Positions 40,280 to 55,262 of a DNA stretch of 64,000 bases are shown here, piece after piece. Position numbers and translations under genes: made by a program. Under the pieces are notes generated by a model. The model did no database searches. It saw only the letters and a list, made by a program, of their open reading frames with translations, and was not told the DNA's origin. Source of the DNA: Piromyces finnis finn (Eukaryota > Fungi > Neocallimastigomycota); the NCBI GenBank assembly GCA_002104945.1, contig MCFH01000027.1, positions 434,001 to 498,000 of the forward strand, written 5' to 3'. Numbering within the stretch: position 1 is the first letter of the stretch; each line of letters opens with the position of its first letter.

Positions 40280-41579
40280 TGTTATTGTTGTTGCAGGTGT
40301 TATTATTGTTGGAATAAACAGTGGCATTACCACTTAGAGATTGAGATGGTCTAAATAAAGGTGAATTTCTATGATTTGAACTGATTTTGTCCTTACTATC
40401 ATTATCATTGGTACGTTTAATACTACTATTGTCTTCATGATCGTTTCCTTTTGGGTCGTTATTTTCTTTATCAACCGCATCATGACTAGTCGTGGTTTCA
40501 TCTATTTGATTATTTTTAGGATCTGTTGTACCCTCTGATCTTTCATCCTTTGAATTGGGTGGACAAACAGAATTTTTCATGAGTTTCTTTAGATTAATAT
40601 TACTCATAAAATTGTTGGTATCACTAATAGGATCGTTCAGTTGAGCCAACACAGAGTTTAAAACGGTAGGTGAAGGATTTATTGACAAGGATGGATGAAC
40701 TATTTGATTGGATTCGGTTCTGATGATAGATTCTAATGAATGAGGTGGTTCATTATCACTTTTTAGATGGTCTTTATCAACATTCATAGGATTTTCTTCT
40801 GAATTAACCATAACCATTTGATCATTGACGGATTGACCAAGAATGGAAGAAACGGTTTTTAAATCAAAATATTTTCCATTATCTTTCCAAAATTCCTCTG
40901 CCTGACGATGTGTTTTCTTTACATTCTTTTCTAATCCTTCTAATCTTAAATAATAGGTATCAATGTCATCTTTGGTGGCTTTATTGGCTTCACAAAATCT
41001 TGTCCAGGCTTGTTTATAATCACTTTCACGTCTTTCATGATAATATATTTTTGCTTCAAATAATAATTTAATTTCTTCTTCTTTTTCTTTCAATTCCGAA
41101 AGCCACTTATTATATTTTGCGCTAGAGGATGCTCTTACAGCTTTTAGTATGGTAGACTGATTACTAATAAATTTCATAATTTCTTGTACAAACTTTGGCC
41201 AAGTTATTCCAGAGTTATAGTATCGATCATATAAATCTAATGTCAATGGATCTTCATACGGTGATATATGATAAAATATATCCCAATCATGACAGGGTTG
41301 GCGTTGAGGTAAATTATTTAAATCAGGCATAGCATTAATATTTATTGACTTGTACTTGTTTTTTACATGACGTTTTACCCTTTCTCTTGATGCTTCAAAT
41401 ACAGCTATAGATAATTTTAGGAATAATATATAGTGAATAGATATATTAAATAAAAAAAAAATAAATATTATAATAGGTCAATATTTTTATATTTTATATT
41501 ATTATTATTATTATTGTTGTTGTTGTTGTTGTTGTTGTTATTATTATTATTATTATTGTTGTTGTTGTTGTTGTTGTTG

Positions 41580-41611
<32 letters not shown>

Positions 41612-41627
41612 GTTGTTGTTGTTGTTG

Positions 41628-41725
<98 letters not shown>

Positions 41726-42295
41726 GTTGTTGTTGTTGTTGTTGTTATTATTATTATTAAAAATAGAATACTATTGTAATTATTATTATTGTTATTCTTA
41801 CCATTAGCTTTATTTGAACGACTTTTGGCTTTTCTTAGTCTGTCAGCTTCTCTACGCGAAGCCGTCCTAGATAAAAGTAATATACTTTATAAGTTAAATT
41901 CAATTATTAAAATTATTAATATTTAATTATTTATTAAAAGTTTTTTTTTTAATTTTCAATATTTACTTTGAATCTTTTGAATTTTGAGGGCCTTTTTTAT
42001 AAACTTTTTTTTCTTGTTTTTGAACAGGAATTAAAAAGCCTTCCTTTTTATATAAAACAAACTTATTAATTTGATATGAATTTGAGTTAACATCAGTTTC
42101 ATTTATTTGATTATTATTGTTATTATTATTATTATTTTCATTTATTGAATTTTCTGTGGTATTTGAAGTATTTGATATTTCATTGGATTCCGAATTGTTT
42201 TTTAATGTATTGGGTAATAAAACAGGAAGGTGATTACTTCCATTATTTATATTTTTATTATCTTTATTAGTTATATTTTCATTAATTTGAAGCAT
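38664..42295 (-). CDS. Asn-rich protein of unknown function with an N-terminal basic/helical domain (~1050 aa)
   Basis: Exons 42295-~41965, ~41869-41802 (KTASRREADRLRKAKSRSNKAN) and 41404-38664 join in frame. A further upstream exon near 42600-42660 cannot be excluded. Confidence 0.75.
41498..41760. repeat. Intronic compound (TTA)n/(TTG)n microsatellite, ~260 bp
   Basis: Fills most of the 41405-41801 intron; source of ORF 41514..41807. Confidence 0.95.
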
Positions 42296-44051
42296 TGTTA
42301 TAAATATTGTAATATTGTTATAATTTAAAAAAAAAAAAAAAGTAATATAGAATTGAAATATAGCTTTTGTGGTTTTATCTTTATTTTTTCAACTTAAATG
42401 TAAGACGGATATTGTTTATTTTATTTATTAAATTATTAAAATTAATTGTATTTTGTTGAAGGAGACAATTATTATGATTACTAAATTTTGATATTATTAA
42501 AATACAATAATAATAATAGAAATAATAAAATTATAAATAAGTATATTGTATATATTTATAAAAGATACTTTGTAAAATATATATATATATATATTACCTT
42601 TTAATTTTTCTTCTTCTTCTTCCTCTTCTATCTTTATTTTGGATTCATTCTTGTTCAAATAAATAATAGTAATTAATATAAAAAAAATATATTATATCTA
42701 AATATTATTAACTTTTGTTTTTATTTTTTTCTTATTATTTATTAAAAGAAAAGGGTAAAAAAAATAAAAAAAACAAAGTTTTAATAAATAAAAAAGAAGA
42801 CTTTATCCAAAATGAAATAATAAAGAAGTGGTGGGTTTACTTTGTTAAAAAAAAAAAAAAAAAAAAAAATTATTAGAGACAATGAAATTTTTTTATTTTT
42901 TTAAAATTAAAAAATGTATTGTCCCAATTAGATCACATGATAATAGGACAAATCATCATAGCAAAATTAGGTTTAGATATAATAAAATATAAACATAATA
43001 TATGAATCAATTTATTAAAATCAATTAAAACATAAATTTATGTTAATTAAAAATGAAAAGATTTCAAAAAAAAAATTTTTTTTGTTGTCACAAAATTTTA
43101 ATTTTTTTTAAAAAAAAGAATACATTTCTCTCTCTCTCATTTTATATAATAATAATAATAAATAATAAATAATTGAATTTTAATTGTTAATAATAATAAT
43201 ATTTTATTATTATTATTATTATTATTAATATTTCTAATGTTATTTCTGTTGCTGTTACCATTTATATTTAATACTAAAAAAAATTGGTAAATATAAAAAT
43301 ATCTTTATAAACTATTTCATTTAATAATGAAAAAAAAAAAAAAAAAGATTGTATTCATACTATAACAAAAATAATAATAAACAAAATTAAAAAAAAAAAA
43401 AAGTAATTTAATTCAATTCATTTTCTATTCACAATATCATTCTTAATACGAAGACTGTTTATTAAGTGTAAAGTTCATTTTTAAATTACACCCATATATA
43501 TATTTAATTATTTTTAACTTTAAAAAATAATAATGTTGACTTTTTGTAAAATTTTAAAGTCTTTTTTCACAAATTTAAATGATGTAAGATCCATTTTGTA
43601 AAGTATTTACTTACATTACTTTATTTCAATAATTAACATTAAAAAAGAAAGAGTAAGAAAAAAAAGATAAAATAAAAACAAAAAAAGAGAACTTTGTAGA
43701 AATTATAGGTATTAGCAATATATAAAGATATATATTAACTAATCCAATTAAATAATAAAAAAAGTTTTCAAAAAAATTAAACACCTTTTTTTTTTTTTTC
43801 TTTATAATGAAGCATTGAAACACAAAAATTAAATAATAATAAATACTACTTAAAATTTTTATAATTTTTTAAAAGTAATTTTATTTTATATAGTGGATAT
43901 ATATAAAAATATAGAAATAAATATCATTGAAATTATTTGAAATTTTTTTCTATATTAATGATTTTATTTTTTAATTTCATCTATATTTTAAAGTCTAAAA
44001 AAAAAATAAAGATTTATAAATAAATTTTGGGGAGGAAGTATTCTATTTAAA

Positions 44052-45332
44052 TTAGAATTTTAAAACTATATTGTCTCCAGATTTTACGAAATTAATCTTT
44101 AATTGAATAAAAAGAAAAATTAAAAAAAAAAAATTTTTTTTCGATTAATAAAATGAATATTTTTTTATATAGATAGAAAATAATAAAAATTTAATGCTTA
44201 CAGATTCTTTAACTTGCTTCTTAACATTCTTAGCATCCTTGGACTTTTTGGAAACATCCTTTGAGACAGCTTTAATTAATTTCTTTAATGAAATTTCTTT
44301 CTTTTCCTTAAAGATTTAAATGTATTAATATAATATATTTCTATTATTAGAAATCATATATAATTGACCATAGCTATATAATAAAAATTAGTTTTATACT
44401 TACAGAAACATTCTTTTCAAAGGATTCCTTGATTAATTTCTTAATGTCATTTTCGGTTTTTTGTTTCTTGTTACCTTCATTTTCTTTCTTTTCATCTTCT
44501 TCATGCTTACGCTTTTTGTCTTCCATTAATTTCTTTAATTGAGTAATAGTATTTTCTGGTTCACTTTCACTCTTTTTATTTTGAGTAGTGTTTTTATTGC
44601 TGAATAAATTAAGATTCTTTGGTTGATTGTTGTTTTTATTGTTGTTATTGTTGTTGTTATTTCTATTGTTGTTGTTGTTATTGTTCTTTCCCTTTTTTTT
44701 TTTTTTAAATGATAAAAAAAAAGGGCATAATTTGATTTAATAAAAATGAATAAATTGATTAATTGTATTATATTTTTAAATTACCTTCTTTCCTTTATAT
44801 AAATTCTTTTGGTATTTTTCATCTTCAGAAATACATGAAGTATGAGCTCTGTATGAAGTACCTTCAAAAGTAACACCACAATCTATACAAGTAAATTGAC
44901 AATTCTATTTTAAAATAAAATTAATTATTAATATTTAACTGTTTTATACTGTTGAATTTTTTTAAAAAAAAAAACATTTTAAAAGCTTTTTTTTTCCTTT
45001 TTTTAAAAAAAAAAAAAAAGACATACATAGCAACGATTGGCATGTTGATCTAATTTATTCTTCTTTAAAGTCTATTATTATTTATATTCGAAATATAAAG
45101 TTGTTAATATTGGTTTGTATTAATATAAAATTCGTTTAAACTTTTAATTTAATTTGAATTTGAAATTAATTGAATTTGAAAATGTAATAATTACTTCTTG
45201 ACAGTATTCACAAACTATAAAATATACGAGAAAATTTTAATTTAATAAAAAAATAAATGATATTATTTAATAGTCTTGTTGTTATTTTCATTTTAAATTG
45301 TTTTATGTTTAAAGCTTACCAAAGGAAACCAT
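44052..45332 (-). CDS. LYAR: LYAR-type zinc-finger nucleolar protein (cell growth-regulating nucleolar protein)
   Basis: Spliced exons read MVSF|VCEYCQE|TLKKNKLDQHANRC|..NCQFTCIDCGVTFEGTSYRAHTSCISEDEKYQKNLY, then a Lys/Asn-rich region. The last exon INFVKSGDNIVLKF* ends at 44052. Not in the ORF track because the exons are short. Confidence 0.9.
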
Positions 45333-46295
45333 TTTTTTCTATTAAAAACGACACTTTTTTATATAATATTAAAAATTGATATTACAAAAAAAAAATTAAA
45401 TTTTTTTTTTTTTTTTTTTTTGTAAATAATTTTAAAATTTAATTTTAAACCAATCATTTTTAATAATCAAAATTTTCAAACTTAAAAAAAACTACAATAA
45501 TTAAATAAAAAAAAAAAGGATGAAGAAATAAATAATAATACTTTTAGAATCATTCTTCTTCTTCCACCATCACTACCATCATTATAACCACCACTTTTAT
45601 TAGTTTTATTACCGTTCATTTCATTCCACTTCATTCCATCTTTATAAATAAAAAAAAAAAAGAGTTTTTTATTCCATCCAAAAGAATTAAATTGATGCTG
45701 TCTTAAAATAAAATGGATATATTCTCATTTATATTATTATTATAAAAAAAAAATAAATCATAGAATGAAGAGGATTAAACATTAAATAATCATTTGAAAA
45801 TATAGTTATTTTCTTATAAAAATAAACTTTATAAATAATAAAAAAAAGTGTTAAAAGTGCTCAAAAAAAAAAAAACTGTTTTTTCTATGTTACAAACGTA
45901 TACGTAAAATTAAAAATGTAAATTAAAAAAATGTTTATTTTTTAAAAAATAAAAAATTAAATTAAATTAAAAAAATAATTATTAATTAAATTAGATACAA
46001 TTTTAAAAATTATAATTTTATCTTAATACTCTAAGGAATCAACATTAAAAAAAAATAAAAACTTTAAATTTATATGTAAGATACAAAGTAGTTCTTTTTT
46101 TAATATTTTTTTTATAATAAAGTATTAGGAATTGGTATTGTTTTTATATACTCCTAATAAAATAGATTATTAATATAAAATAATTTTAAAAAAAAAAAGT
46201 AGATATTCCTTTTTCATTAAAACTACAAAAGAAACTGAATTTTTTTTTAAAAAAAAAAAATAATAATACTTGATAATAATAAAAATAATTCAGTA

Positions 46296-49200
46296 ATGAG
46301 TATACAATATAGTGATGAATCTTTATTTACTGAAGATAAAATTGAAAGTATTCATGAATTGAAGACTAATAGTAGTAGTGATGAAGAGGAAAAAGTACAA
46401 AATTCATCTGATAACTATGGAAACATGGAAACAGAAGATAAAAATGAATATATTCAAGAAGAATCATTAACAGAAGTAATAAATAAAAGTCAAAATAATT
46501 TGGTCTCAAGTAAAAGTCTCTCTCATAAAAGTAGTGAATTTTCAGAGAGTGATAATGAAAATTATAAAATTGAAAATGATTATGATGAATTGGAAGTAGA
46601 AAATGAAAATGATGAAGATGGTAGGAGATATTAAAAATAATAATAATAATAATAATAATTTTAGATTATAGAAATAACCCTAATAATAATAATAAAGATG
46701 GAAAGGAGGGGAAAAAAAGGATATTTAAATTAATGATACACTTTTTTATTATATAAAAATAATTTTAAATATAATCCATAGAAAATAAAAATAGTATTGG
46801 AAATTTTTCAAATGAATCATCAAATAATAAAATAGATAGCATTCAATCCTCATTAAGTCGAATGAAAACAAATAGTAAGGTTAAAAAGAGTGGTTCTGAA
46901 CTAAATAAAAATAATTCAGAAAATTATAATTTATCAAAATCTAATAATAACTCCAAGGATTGTAATGAAAATGAAGACGAAAGCATTGACGAAAAAAATA
47001 ATAAAAAAGATGAAATTTTATTTCATGATACCGGAACAAAAGATGAATATGATCATATTTACGAATTAAAACATCAAATAAATTTCTTTAAAAAACAACT
47101 TAAAATTGAAGATATGACTTTTGAAGAATTAATAAATTTAAAGTCATTGTAAGAGTTATATATATTCATAGTATTATTATTATATTACTATTATCTTTTT
47201 TTATATAGATACATATATATTATATATCAAATGAAAAAAAATAATATTTACTTGAAAATGAGGGAAAAAAAAAAGATATATCAAATTATATTAATAATTA
47301 TATATTTACATTAATATTTATATTTATATATAATATAATGTAATTTCATATCTATCTTGATTATATAATTAGAAATCTTGCAAATACAGGTATTAAATAT
47401 ATCCCATCTCAAATTGAATATGTTAAAGAACTACGTGAAATGTAAATTTAAAAAAAAAAATTTTAAAAACATTATTTCAAAGTTTACATATTTTACTTAT
47501 TATACATATATACATATATCATATAACCAATTTTAACTAATTAATATAAAATAAAACACTTTTTTAAAAAAAAACAGAGATTTTTCTAATAACTTTATAT
47601 ATGATTTACCAAAAGAAATTGGAAAATTAACTAATTTACAATCCCTGTAATTGTTATATAATAAAAAAAATAAAAAAAAAACATTCTTTTAGATATATTC
47701 TATTACAATATTAACCTTTTTTTTATTAATATATCATAATTAGAAATTTATACAATAATGATATTGCAGAAATTATTGAAGATTTATGGAAATTAATTAA
47801 ACTAGAAGAACTGTATATACTTTTATTTATTTTGTTTTTTCATATATATATATTCAAAAAAATATATTTTATATTATAAATAATGATATTAATCCTTCTT
47901 TTTTTTATTTTATTTTTTTTTTTTCAAAAATATATATATATATTAATAGTGATTTATCTCATAATGTAATTTCAACAATTTCACCTAATATTTGTAATTT
48001 GGAAAATTTGGTTGGATTGTAATGAATCTTTTTATTTTTTTTTAAAAAAAAAAAAAAGAATTAAATTATAATGAATTGAAAAAAAAAGTATTTGATTTGA
48101 GTTATATATCTATTAATATTAAATATTAATATTTTAAACTATTTTTATATTAGAAATCTTTCTCATAATTGTCTTGGTTCTTTACCAAAAGAAATTGGAA
48201 ATTTAACCAATATTAAAATTTTGTAATAATAAATTAACAAAGCAAATAAAAGAATAGTTTTAATATATATATATATAAAAAGAAATTTATTTATCAATTT
48301 TAATAATTATTTTAGGGATTTATCATATAATAATTTTAAGGAGATTCCTGAAGGATTATATCAAATTAGAAATATGAATATACTGTAATAGATTATATTT
48401 TATTTTATTTTCATTCTAATACAAAACTATAAACATTTTATTTATCCGGATAAATATTAAATAATATTTATAATATATAATACTAAAGACTAATATCAAA
48501 TAATCTTATTGAAGAAATACCTATAGAATTTGGATACTTAAGACATTTAATAAAAATGTAATTGATTTATTTATACTAATAAGATTTCTTTTTAATTTGT
48601 TTATAATTAAATAATACTTAATACTAATAATTAACATTAATATTTCTTCTATATCATTTTTTTTAATTTCAACTTTTTTTTTCTTTTAGCGATTTCTCAT
48701 CAAATAAAATAAAATTATTAAATTTTAATTTTAAATTATTTTGTCATTTAGAAGATTTGTAAATATCAAATATCATTTTATATAATATTACCAACCTCTC
48801 ATAATCAATTAAATATTTAACATAAAAGTTTTTTTTCCCAATATTTTATTATACCATAATAGAAATATATCAAATAATAAAATCAATTTAATTCCAAATG
48901 TTTTATGGAAAGCAACGAATATAAAAAAATTGTAAAATATTTCATAGAATAACAATCTTTAATTCTTTGAAAAATTTTTTAAAAAAAAAAATTATTATTA
49001 AAAATACATATCCTCTATTTAACATATAAAATAGAAATATATCAAGAAATAGAATATCTAAAGTATCAGATAATATCGGGATTTTAAAACATTTAAAATA
49101 TTTGTAGGTTAAAAAAATATATATATATATATATAACTATAAATAACACAATTGAAAGGAATAAAAATAATAAAAATTTATATTTATTTCTCTTTTTTTT

Positions 49201-49532
49201 TTTTGGAATCCTATATTCTAAATAATTTATATAGAGATTTAAGTAGAAATAAAATAGATGTTATCCCCAACGGAATTAAATCCTTAGAAAATTTAAATCA
49301 ATTGTATGTATTAAAATATTATTATTGAAGTATATATATAAATTAATGAATTTATTGATAATAAATGTTTTCTAATCATTATTACAGATTTTTAGATTAT
49401 AATAATATTTCTGAAATCCCAGAAGTTGTTGGAAACTTGGCCCTGTTACAAAAATTGTAAATATTGTTCCTTCATTTTTAATATTTATTAAAAATCCCTT
49501 TTTTTTTAAAAAAAAAAATTTGATTCTTTCAT

Positions 49533-49569
<37 letters not shown>

Positions 49570-51666
49570 TAATATTATAATTTTTCTGTAGCTCAATAAG
49601 TCATAATGATATCAAAGAAATACCAAAACATATTATCAGAATATTTAATATTGAAGAATTGTATGAAACATTAATATACTTTTTTTATTATCATAGTTAT
49701 TATAATAATTTAAATTAACAAATTAATGTTCTTTTTTTTTTTAAACTATTTTTTTTTTAAATTATTAAATAGAAATATGGAATCAAATCAAATTAAAATA
49801 ATACCAAAAGAAATATCTCTAATGAGAAATCTAAAATATTTGTACATATACATTTTTTCATACATAAATTTATTTATATTGTTGATTTATATATTATATT
49901 TTTTAATACATATATTTTTATCAATACAATTTTTTTTTTTTATTTTCAAAGATCATTAAAATCAAATGTTATAGAAAAAATCCCTGAAGAATTATACAAG
50001 TTAAAAGATAAAACAGTGATGTATGTTTAAATAATCGTATTTTATTTTAAAAAAAAAAAAAGAAAAAATATAATTTTAAAGTGTTTATGTATATATACTT
50101 TTATACTTTTTTTATGATCTACATCAATTTAGGAATCTATTCGATAATTTATTCAGTCATTCATATGAACCATTTAAACTTTTAAAAAATTACAATCATA
50201 TAAATAAGGATGAATTCTCAACCATAAAATCAATGTAAATTAATTTAAATTAAAAAAATTATATCTTTATAATACTATTTTATTAATAATTAAAAAAAAA
50301 CTTTTTTATATAAATAGTAAACTTATAGATATGAATTTATCATCAATACCTATGGAAATTGCATCTTTTGAAGAAATAGAAGAATTGTAAATTTTTAAAA
50401 TAATATATTAATTTATATATTTACAATTTGTCAAAAAAAACTAAAAAAAGAAATATTTTTAAATTAAATATCAATAGAAACTTCCATAATAATAATATAG
50501 GTGAAGTAAATGAAGCAATTATAAGGCTCCTAAATATGAAAAAAATGTAATATTAATGATGAATTTACATTTTCATAATAATAGATTTTCATACAAAAGA
50601 AAAAAAGATTTATATTAATATAATAATAATACTATATATATATTTTTTAGTATATTATCTTTTAATGATCTCAAGGTTTTCCCTACTATCCTATGTCGCT
50701 TTTCACGACTTACTACATTGTATATATCTACATAATTATTAATTATTAATTAAAAAAAACAGTTTAAAAATTATTAATTATGCCTCCTTTTCTTTACAAT
50801 AATATTTAGAAATTTAAGTGGAAATTATATTAAAGAAATACCAAAAGAAATTTGTCAATTAGCTTTATTAAAGAAATTGTAAGACATATTAATAATTTAT
50901 TATTATTGCTACTATTAGGAAATATCTTTTATAATAAATTTTATGTAATATATTTTTTAAAAATTGAATTACAATAGATATTTAAGTCATAATAAAATTC
51001 AAGAAATTCCAAAAGAATTTGAATATCTCTACGACTTAGAAGAAATGTATGTTATATCCTTTTTCCTAATATTTAATATTCATAAATATATAGATATATA
51101 AGATTTATAAATAACATTCTAATTTTTAAAAAAAAAAAAATTTTTTTTAGAATATTAAATAATAACTTAATTGGCACTCTTCCAGATAACCTAGAATTTG
51201 AAAAACTAAGATTATTGTAAAAATATTAAAGATCAAATAATTAAATCCTAATTATAATATACAAATATAATTTACTAATATTTTATATTTATATTAATAT
51301 TAAATAATATAGTAATTTAAGTAATAATGTATTTAATTTTATTCCAAACACATTATACAATTTCCATGATGCAAAGATGTAAGTTACACTTAAAATATAT
51401 TAAGTTTTTTAAATAATATTATAGGCATATAAAAAAAACGAATTGATTTATTTCATAAATATTAATATATAATATCTATATAAAAATAGCATTTTTAATA
51501 ATAATCCTTTATTCTCATCAGAAAATGAAATAAAAAAAGCATTAAATACCTTAAATATGTAAGTAGAATATTAAAAATCATACAATAATAATAACTACAT
51601 AATATTAAAGTTTTAATATTAATTTTTATACTTATATATATATAAATTTTATATAGTCAACTATAA
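46296..51666 (+). CDS. Intracellular LRR protein (~795 aa): acidic N-terminus plus ~23 typical 23-aa LRRs, one per exon
   Basis: Exons 46296-46620 and 46782-47148, then 15 LRR exons (47373 to ~50020), a 102-nt insert exon (~50133), 8 more exons and a final exon 51657-51666. Example exon: a GAT TTT TCT AAT AAC...CAA TCC ct = LDFSNNFIYDLPKEIGKLTNLQSL. All introns are GT-AG, phase 2. Confidence 0.88.
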
Positions 51667-52815
51667 ACCCTTTTTTTTTTAACCTTTTACATTAGTTTAA
51701 GTAATCTTTATATAATGAAATATAATCATCTCTTATTTAATAGTAAAAAAAAATTCAAATTATAATTTTTAAAATAATAAATACCATGAATAGATTTTTT
51801 TTTATATAATCATTTCAAATTACCACATAATTTTTAAATAAAGATTTATTTAACTATTTTATTAAATACCTAAATTACTATAAAAACTACCTCTTTTTTT
51901 TTTTTAATATAGAAAAAGAAAACAGAAATTTTAGAATTTTAAATAAAATAAGAAAAAAACTGTCTTTTTTTTTTTTAGTTTTTTCAACATAAAAAAATAA
52001 ATAATTATAACATTAAAATATATAAATCTTAATTTTATTTTCTTTAAACCTAACAAAAAAAAAAAATAAAGTAATTTTAAACTTTCAAAATTACTGATTT
52101 TTTAAAATACTTTATTTTTTTTAAAAAAAAAAAACTTTAAATAATAAATATAAAATAAACTTTATATGATCGGAAAATATTTTTTTAAAAAAAGAAAAAA
52201 AGAATTCTAAAATATCTCATTATCATTTATTGATTAAAAACTAATCAAATAGTCATTAAACTAATTCTCTATTAACCACGATATATTATATATATTATAC
52301 CTATTATACATTTTTACTTTTCTTTTTCCAATAGTATAATGTATTTCATTAAAATAATTAATTTTAAAAAAGAAATAAAAATTAATTTAAACAATCCCAA
52401 TAATATTTTTTTTTTTGATACATTTTATAATAACTGGGTAAAATTCATTCCTTTTTTACTTCATTTTTATTTTATTATATATTTAAAAGAAAGGATAGTT
52501 TATTTATTTATAATATTTGTAGTTATCATTATGAATTTTAATAAAAATATTATACATTTTCAATTAAAAAAGAAAGAAAAAAATAAAAACAAAAAGTAAA
52601 ACTATTTTAAAACTATATATTATTAACTCTTTTTTTTTTTTTTTTTTTTTTTTGATTTATTTATATAATATAGTGTATATATCATATAATATATATATCT
52701 ATGTATATTCTATAATAAACTTCTAATGTGTAATAACTTTTTTTTTCTCTATTATTTAATAATGATTTACATTAATAAATATTAAATAATGTTAAAAAAA
52801 ATAGGCTTATTTCAT

Positions 52816-53463
52816 TTAAACATAAGCATATGTAAATAAGTTTGTATTGTTGTTACCATCATCTGAATTCTTTCTTTTACGTTGAGAAAATAATCCTGAG
52901 GATTTTAATGAAAACTTTTTTTGTGCTGGTTGAGCTGATGCGTTAGAAACCGAGTTATATGAATTTAAATATTGACTATTATCATTATTTGATGATAGAT
53001 ATGTAGCATTATCAAAGTATGGATATGATAAATCTTGATATTTCTTATTCTTTCCAGATTCTTTGAAATATATATTAACTTTTCTTTTATTCAAGAAACT
53101 ATTTTTAATTACTCTTCTTACATACCATAAAATAAATAGACCTACTAAAGAATAGATCATAAGCTTTTTCTTATCAGCATTATCTAATGCTGTTTCAATG
53201 GTAGTTTTCATGTATTCAACGCTCTTTTCAATTTTATTTAATGCATTAATAACTGTACCTTTGTATTTTCCATATTTTTGTCTAACAATTTTCTTTTTAT
53301 TCTTCAATTCTTTGTATGAATAAGTAAATTTTTCTTTTTTCATTTTATCAACAACAGATTGCTTAATTTCAAGATCTCCACCTAATGAATGATCTATGGA
53401 ATAAACATTTCCAATACATAATAATAATACAAATAAAAAAACGAGAGTACCGAATTTATTCAT
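52816..53463 (-). CDS. Small single-pass membrane protein with signal peptide (215 aa), function unknown
   Basis: Intronless ORF with hydrophobic N-terminus (GTLVFLFVLLLCIGNVYS) and internal TM segment LMIYSLVGLFILWYV followed by RRVIK. Confidence 0.75.
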   Translation of the reverse strand: MNKFGTLVFLFVLLLCIGNVYSIDHSLGGDLEIKQSVVDKMKKEKFTYSYKELKNKKKIVRQKYGKYKGTVINALNKIEKSVEYMKTTIETALDNADKKKLMIYSLVGLFILWYVRRVIKNSFLNKRKVNIYFKESGKNKKYQDLSYPYFDNATYLSSNNDNSQYLNSYNSVSNASAQPAQKKFSLKSSGLFSQRKRKNSDDGNNNTNLFTYAYV

Positions 53464-55262
53464 TTTTCCTTAATTTTTTTTTTCTTTAAAAAAAATATTA
53501 TCAAGATAATCTTATTTTGTTTTTTGTTTATCTATCGAAAGTTCACTTATTTAATTTCTTTTTAAATATCGTTTGATTTTACTTTTATGAGTTTTTTTTT
53601 TTTTTTTTTTTTTATTATACTTGATTTTGTTATATTAATGATTAAGAAGATAAAAGATTATATAAACTAGAAAATATTACTTAAATATATGGAAGATTTA
53701 TTATAAAACTATTTATAAAATAAAATATTTTATAAATAAATATTAACTTTTAAAAGTAAATATAAAAAATAAGTTTATTTGATGGAAAGAAAGTAAAATA
53801 GAAATTAAATGGAGAAAGAGAAAGAAAAAATTATTGAAAAATAAAAATAAATATCGAAACTATAAAATAAAAATAATAAATTATTTATTTCAACTATTTA
53901 AAATGTTTTTTTTTTTTAAAAAAAAAATAAAATAAAATAAAATAAAAAAAACATTAATACTATAAAATCAATGAATTACCTTGTTCATTTACACACTTTA
54001 ATAATCTTAATTTTTTTTCATATGTATATAAAATTTACTTGTTAAATAATATTTATAGGATAAGATTTTAAAATATTTCGATAAATAGTATTTAATAAAC
54101 TTTGTAGATTTTTAAAATTAAAAAAACTTTTTTAAAATATATAAAATAACAACGATTTTACAAAAGAAAAAAAAACATTAATTATATATATATATAATTG
54201 ACAAATGACTTATAATTTTTCATATAGATTAAATAAAATAAAACAAGAAACGGAAAATTAATTTTTTTTAAAAAAAAATGGAATGATATTATATATTTCC
54301 ATTAAAAGAAAAAAAAAAATAGCTATACTACTATTTATATTATAGTTTTAATTATGAATTATTTATAATGCGTAGTTTTTTTAATTTCTTTTTTCATAAT
54401 TTTCATCTTTTTTTTTTCACTTTTAGTTTTAAAAAAAAAAAATATACAAATTTTTATAAAATATAATTATTATTGACACAGTAAAAAAAAAATAGTTTAA
54501 TTATTATAATAAACTTCAAGATAAAAGGTACTTGCACTCTTTTTTTTTTTTTTTAATGATTATTAAGCTTTATATAAACTTAAAAATATTTTGAAAATTT
54601 TAAAACTTCAAAAAAAAAAAAAAAAAAAAAAATTTGCTTCGTTAATAATTATTTTAATAATTATTATTAATATTTTCATGTTTCCTCATTTATATATAAA
54701 ACCTTTTTTTTATAATAATTTTAGTAAAATAAAGAATTCTGATAATTAAGAATATAAGAACAAAAAATAAATAATTGCTTATAAATCTATTCTTTCTTTT
54801 TTAATAACATTATGATAAATTTTCTTTTTTTTTTACCATAAAAAAAAAAGCAGTAAGAGATAAAAACTTTTTTATTTTTAAAATGCTTTCTTTATTATTT
54901 ATTTAATAGATTCTATTTTTTTAAATGTTCATTTATGATTTATAACAAGAAGAATTATAATTGTAATCAATACAATTTTATATAATCTGTTATACTGATA
55001 CTAATTAAATTTTAAAATTTAATTATAATAATATATGATCCAAAATTTTCCTTTTTACTTTTTTTTTTCTTAAATAATTTTTTAAAATAATTGTTATTAT
55101 TGTTATTAATAACATGATTAATTAATATTTAGGTTTTCTTAAATTAATCTGTTATTATGATTAATCAACCTTTTTCCTTTTTCTTTTTTTTTTGTTTTTT
55201 TTTCTTTTGGTTATAATCTGCATTATTATTTAAATTAATATGGATCAATGTTGCTCATTATT

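Noticed and set aside
45540-45645. Possible extra 5' exon of LYAR (MKWNEMNG...RRRMILK) that could splice in frame to an AG at 45340
   Set aside because: LYAR orthologues begin at the MV[S/F]F zinc finger, and chance GT/AG sites are common here. It needs cDNA evidence.
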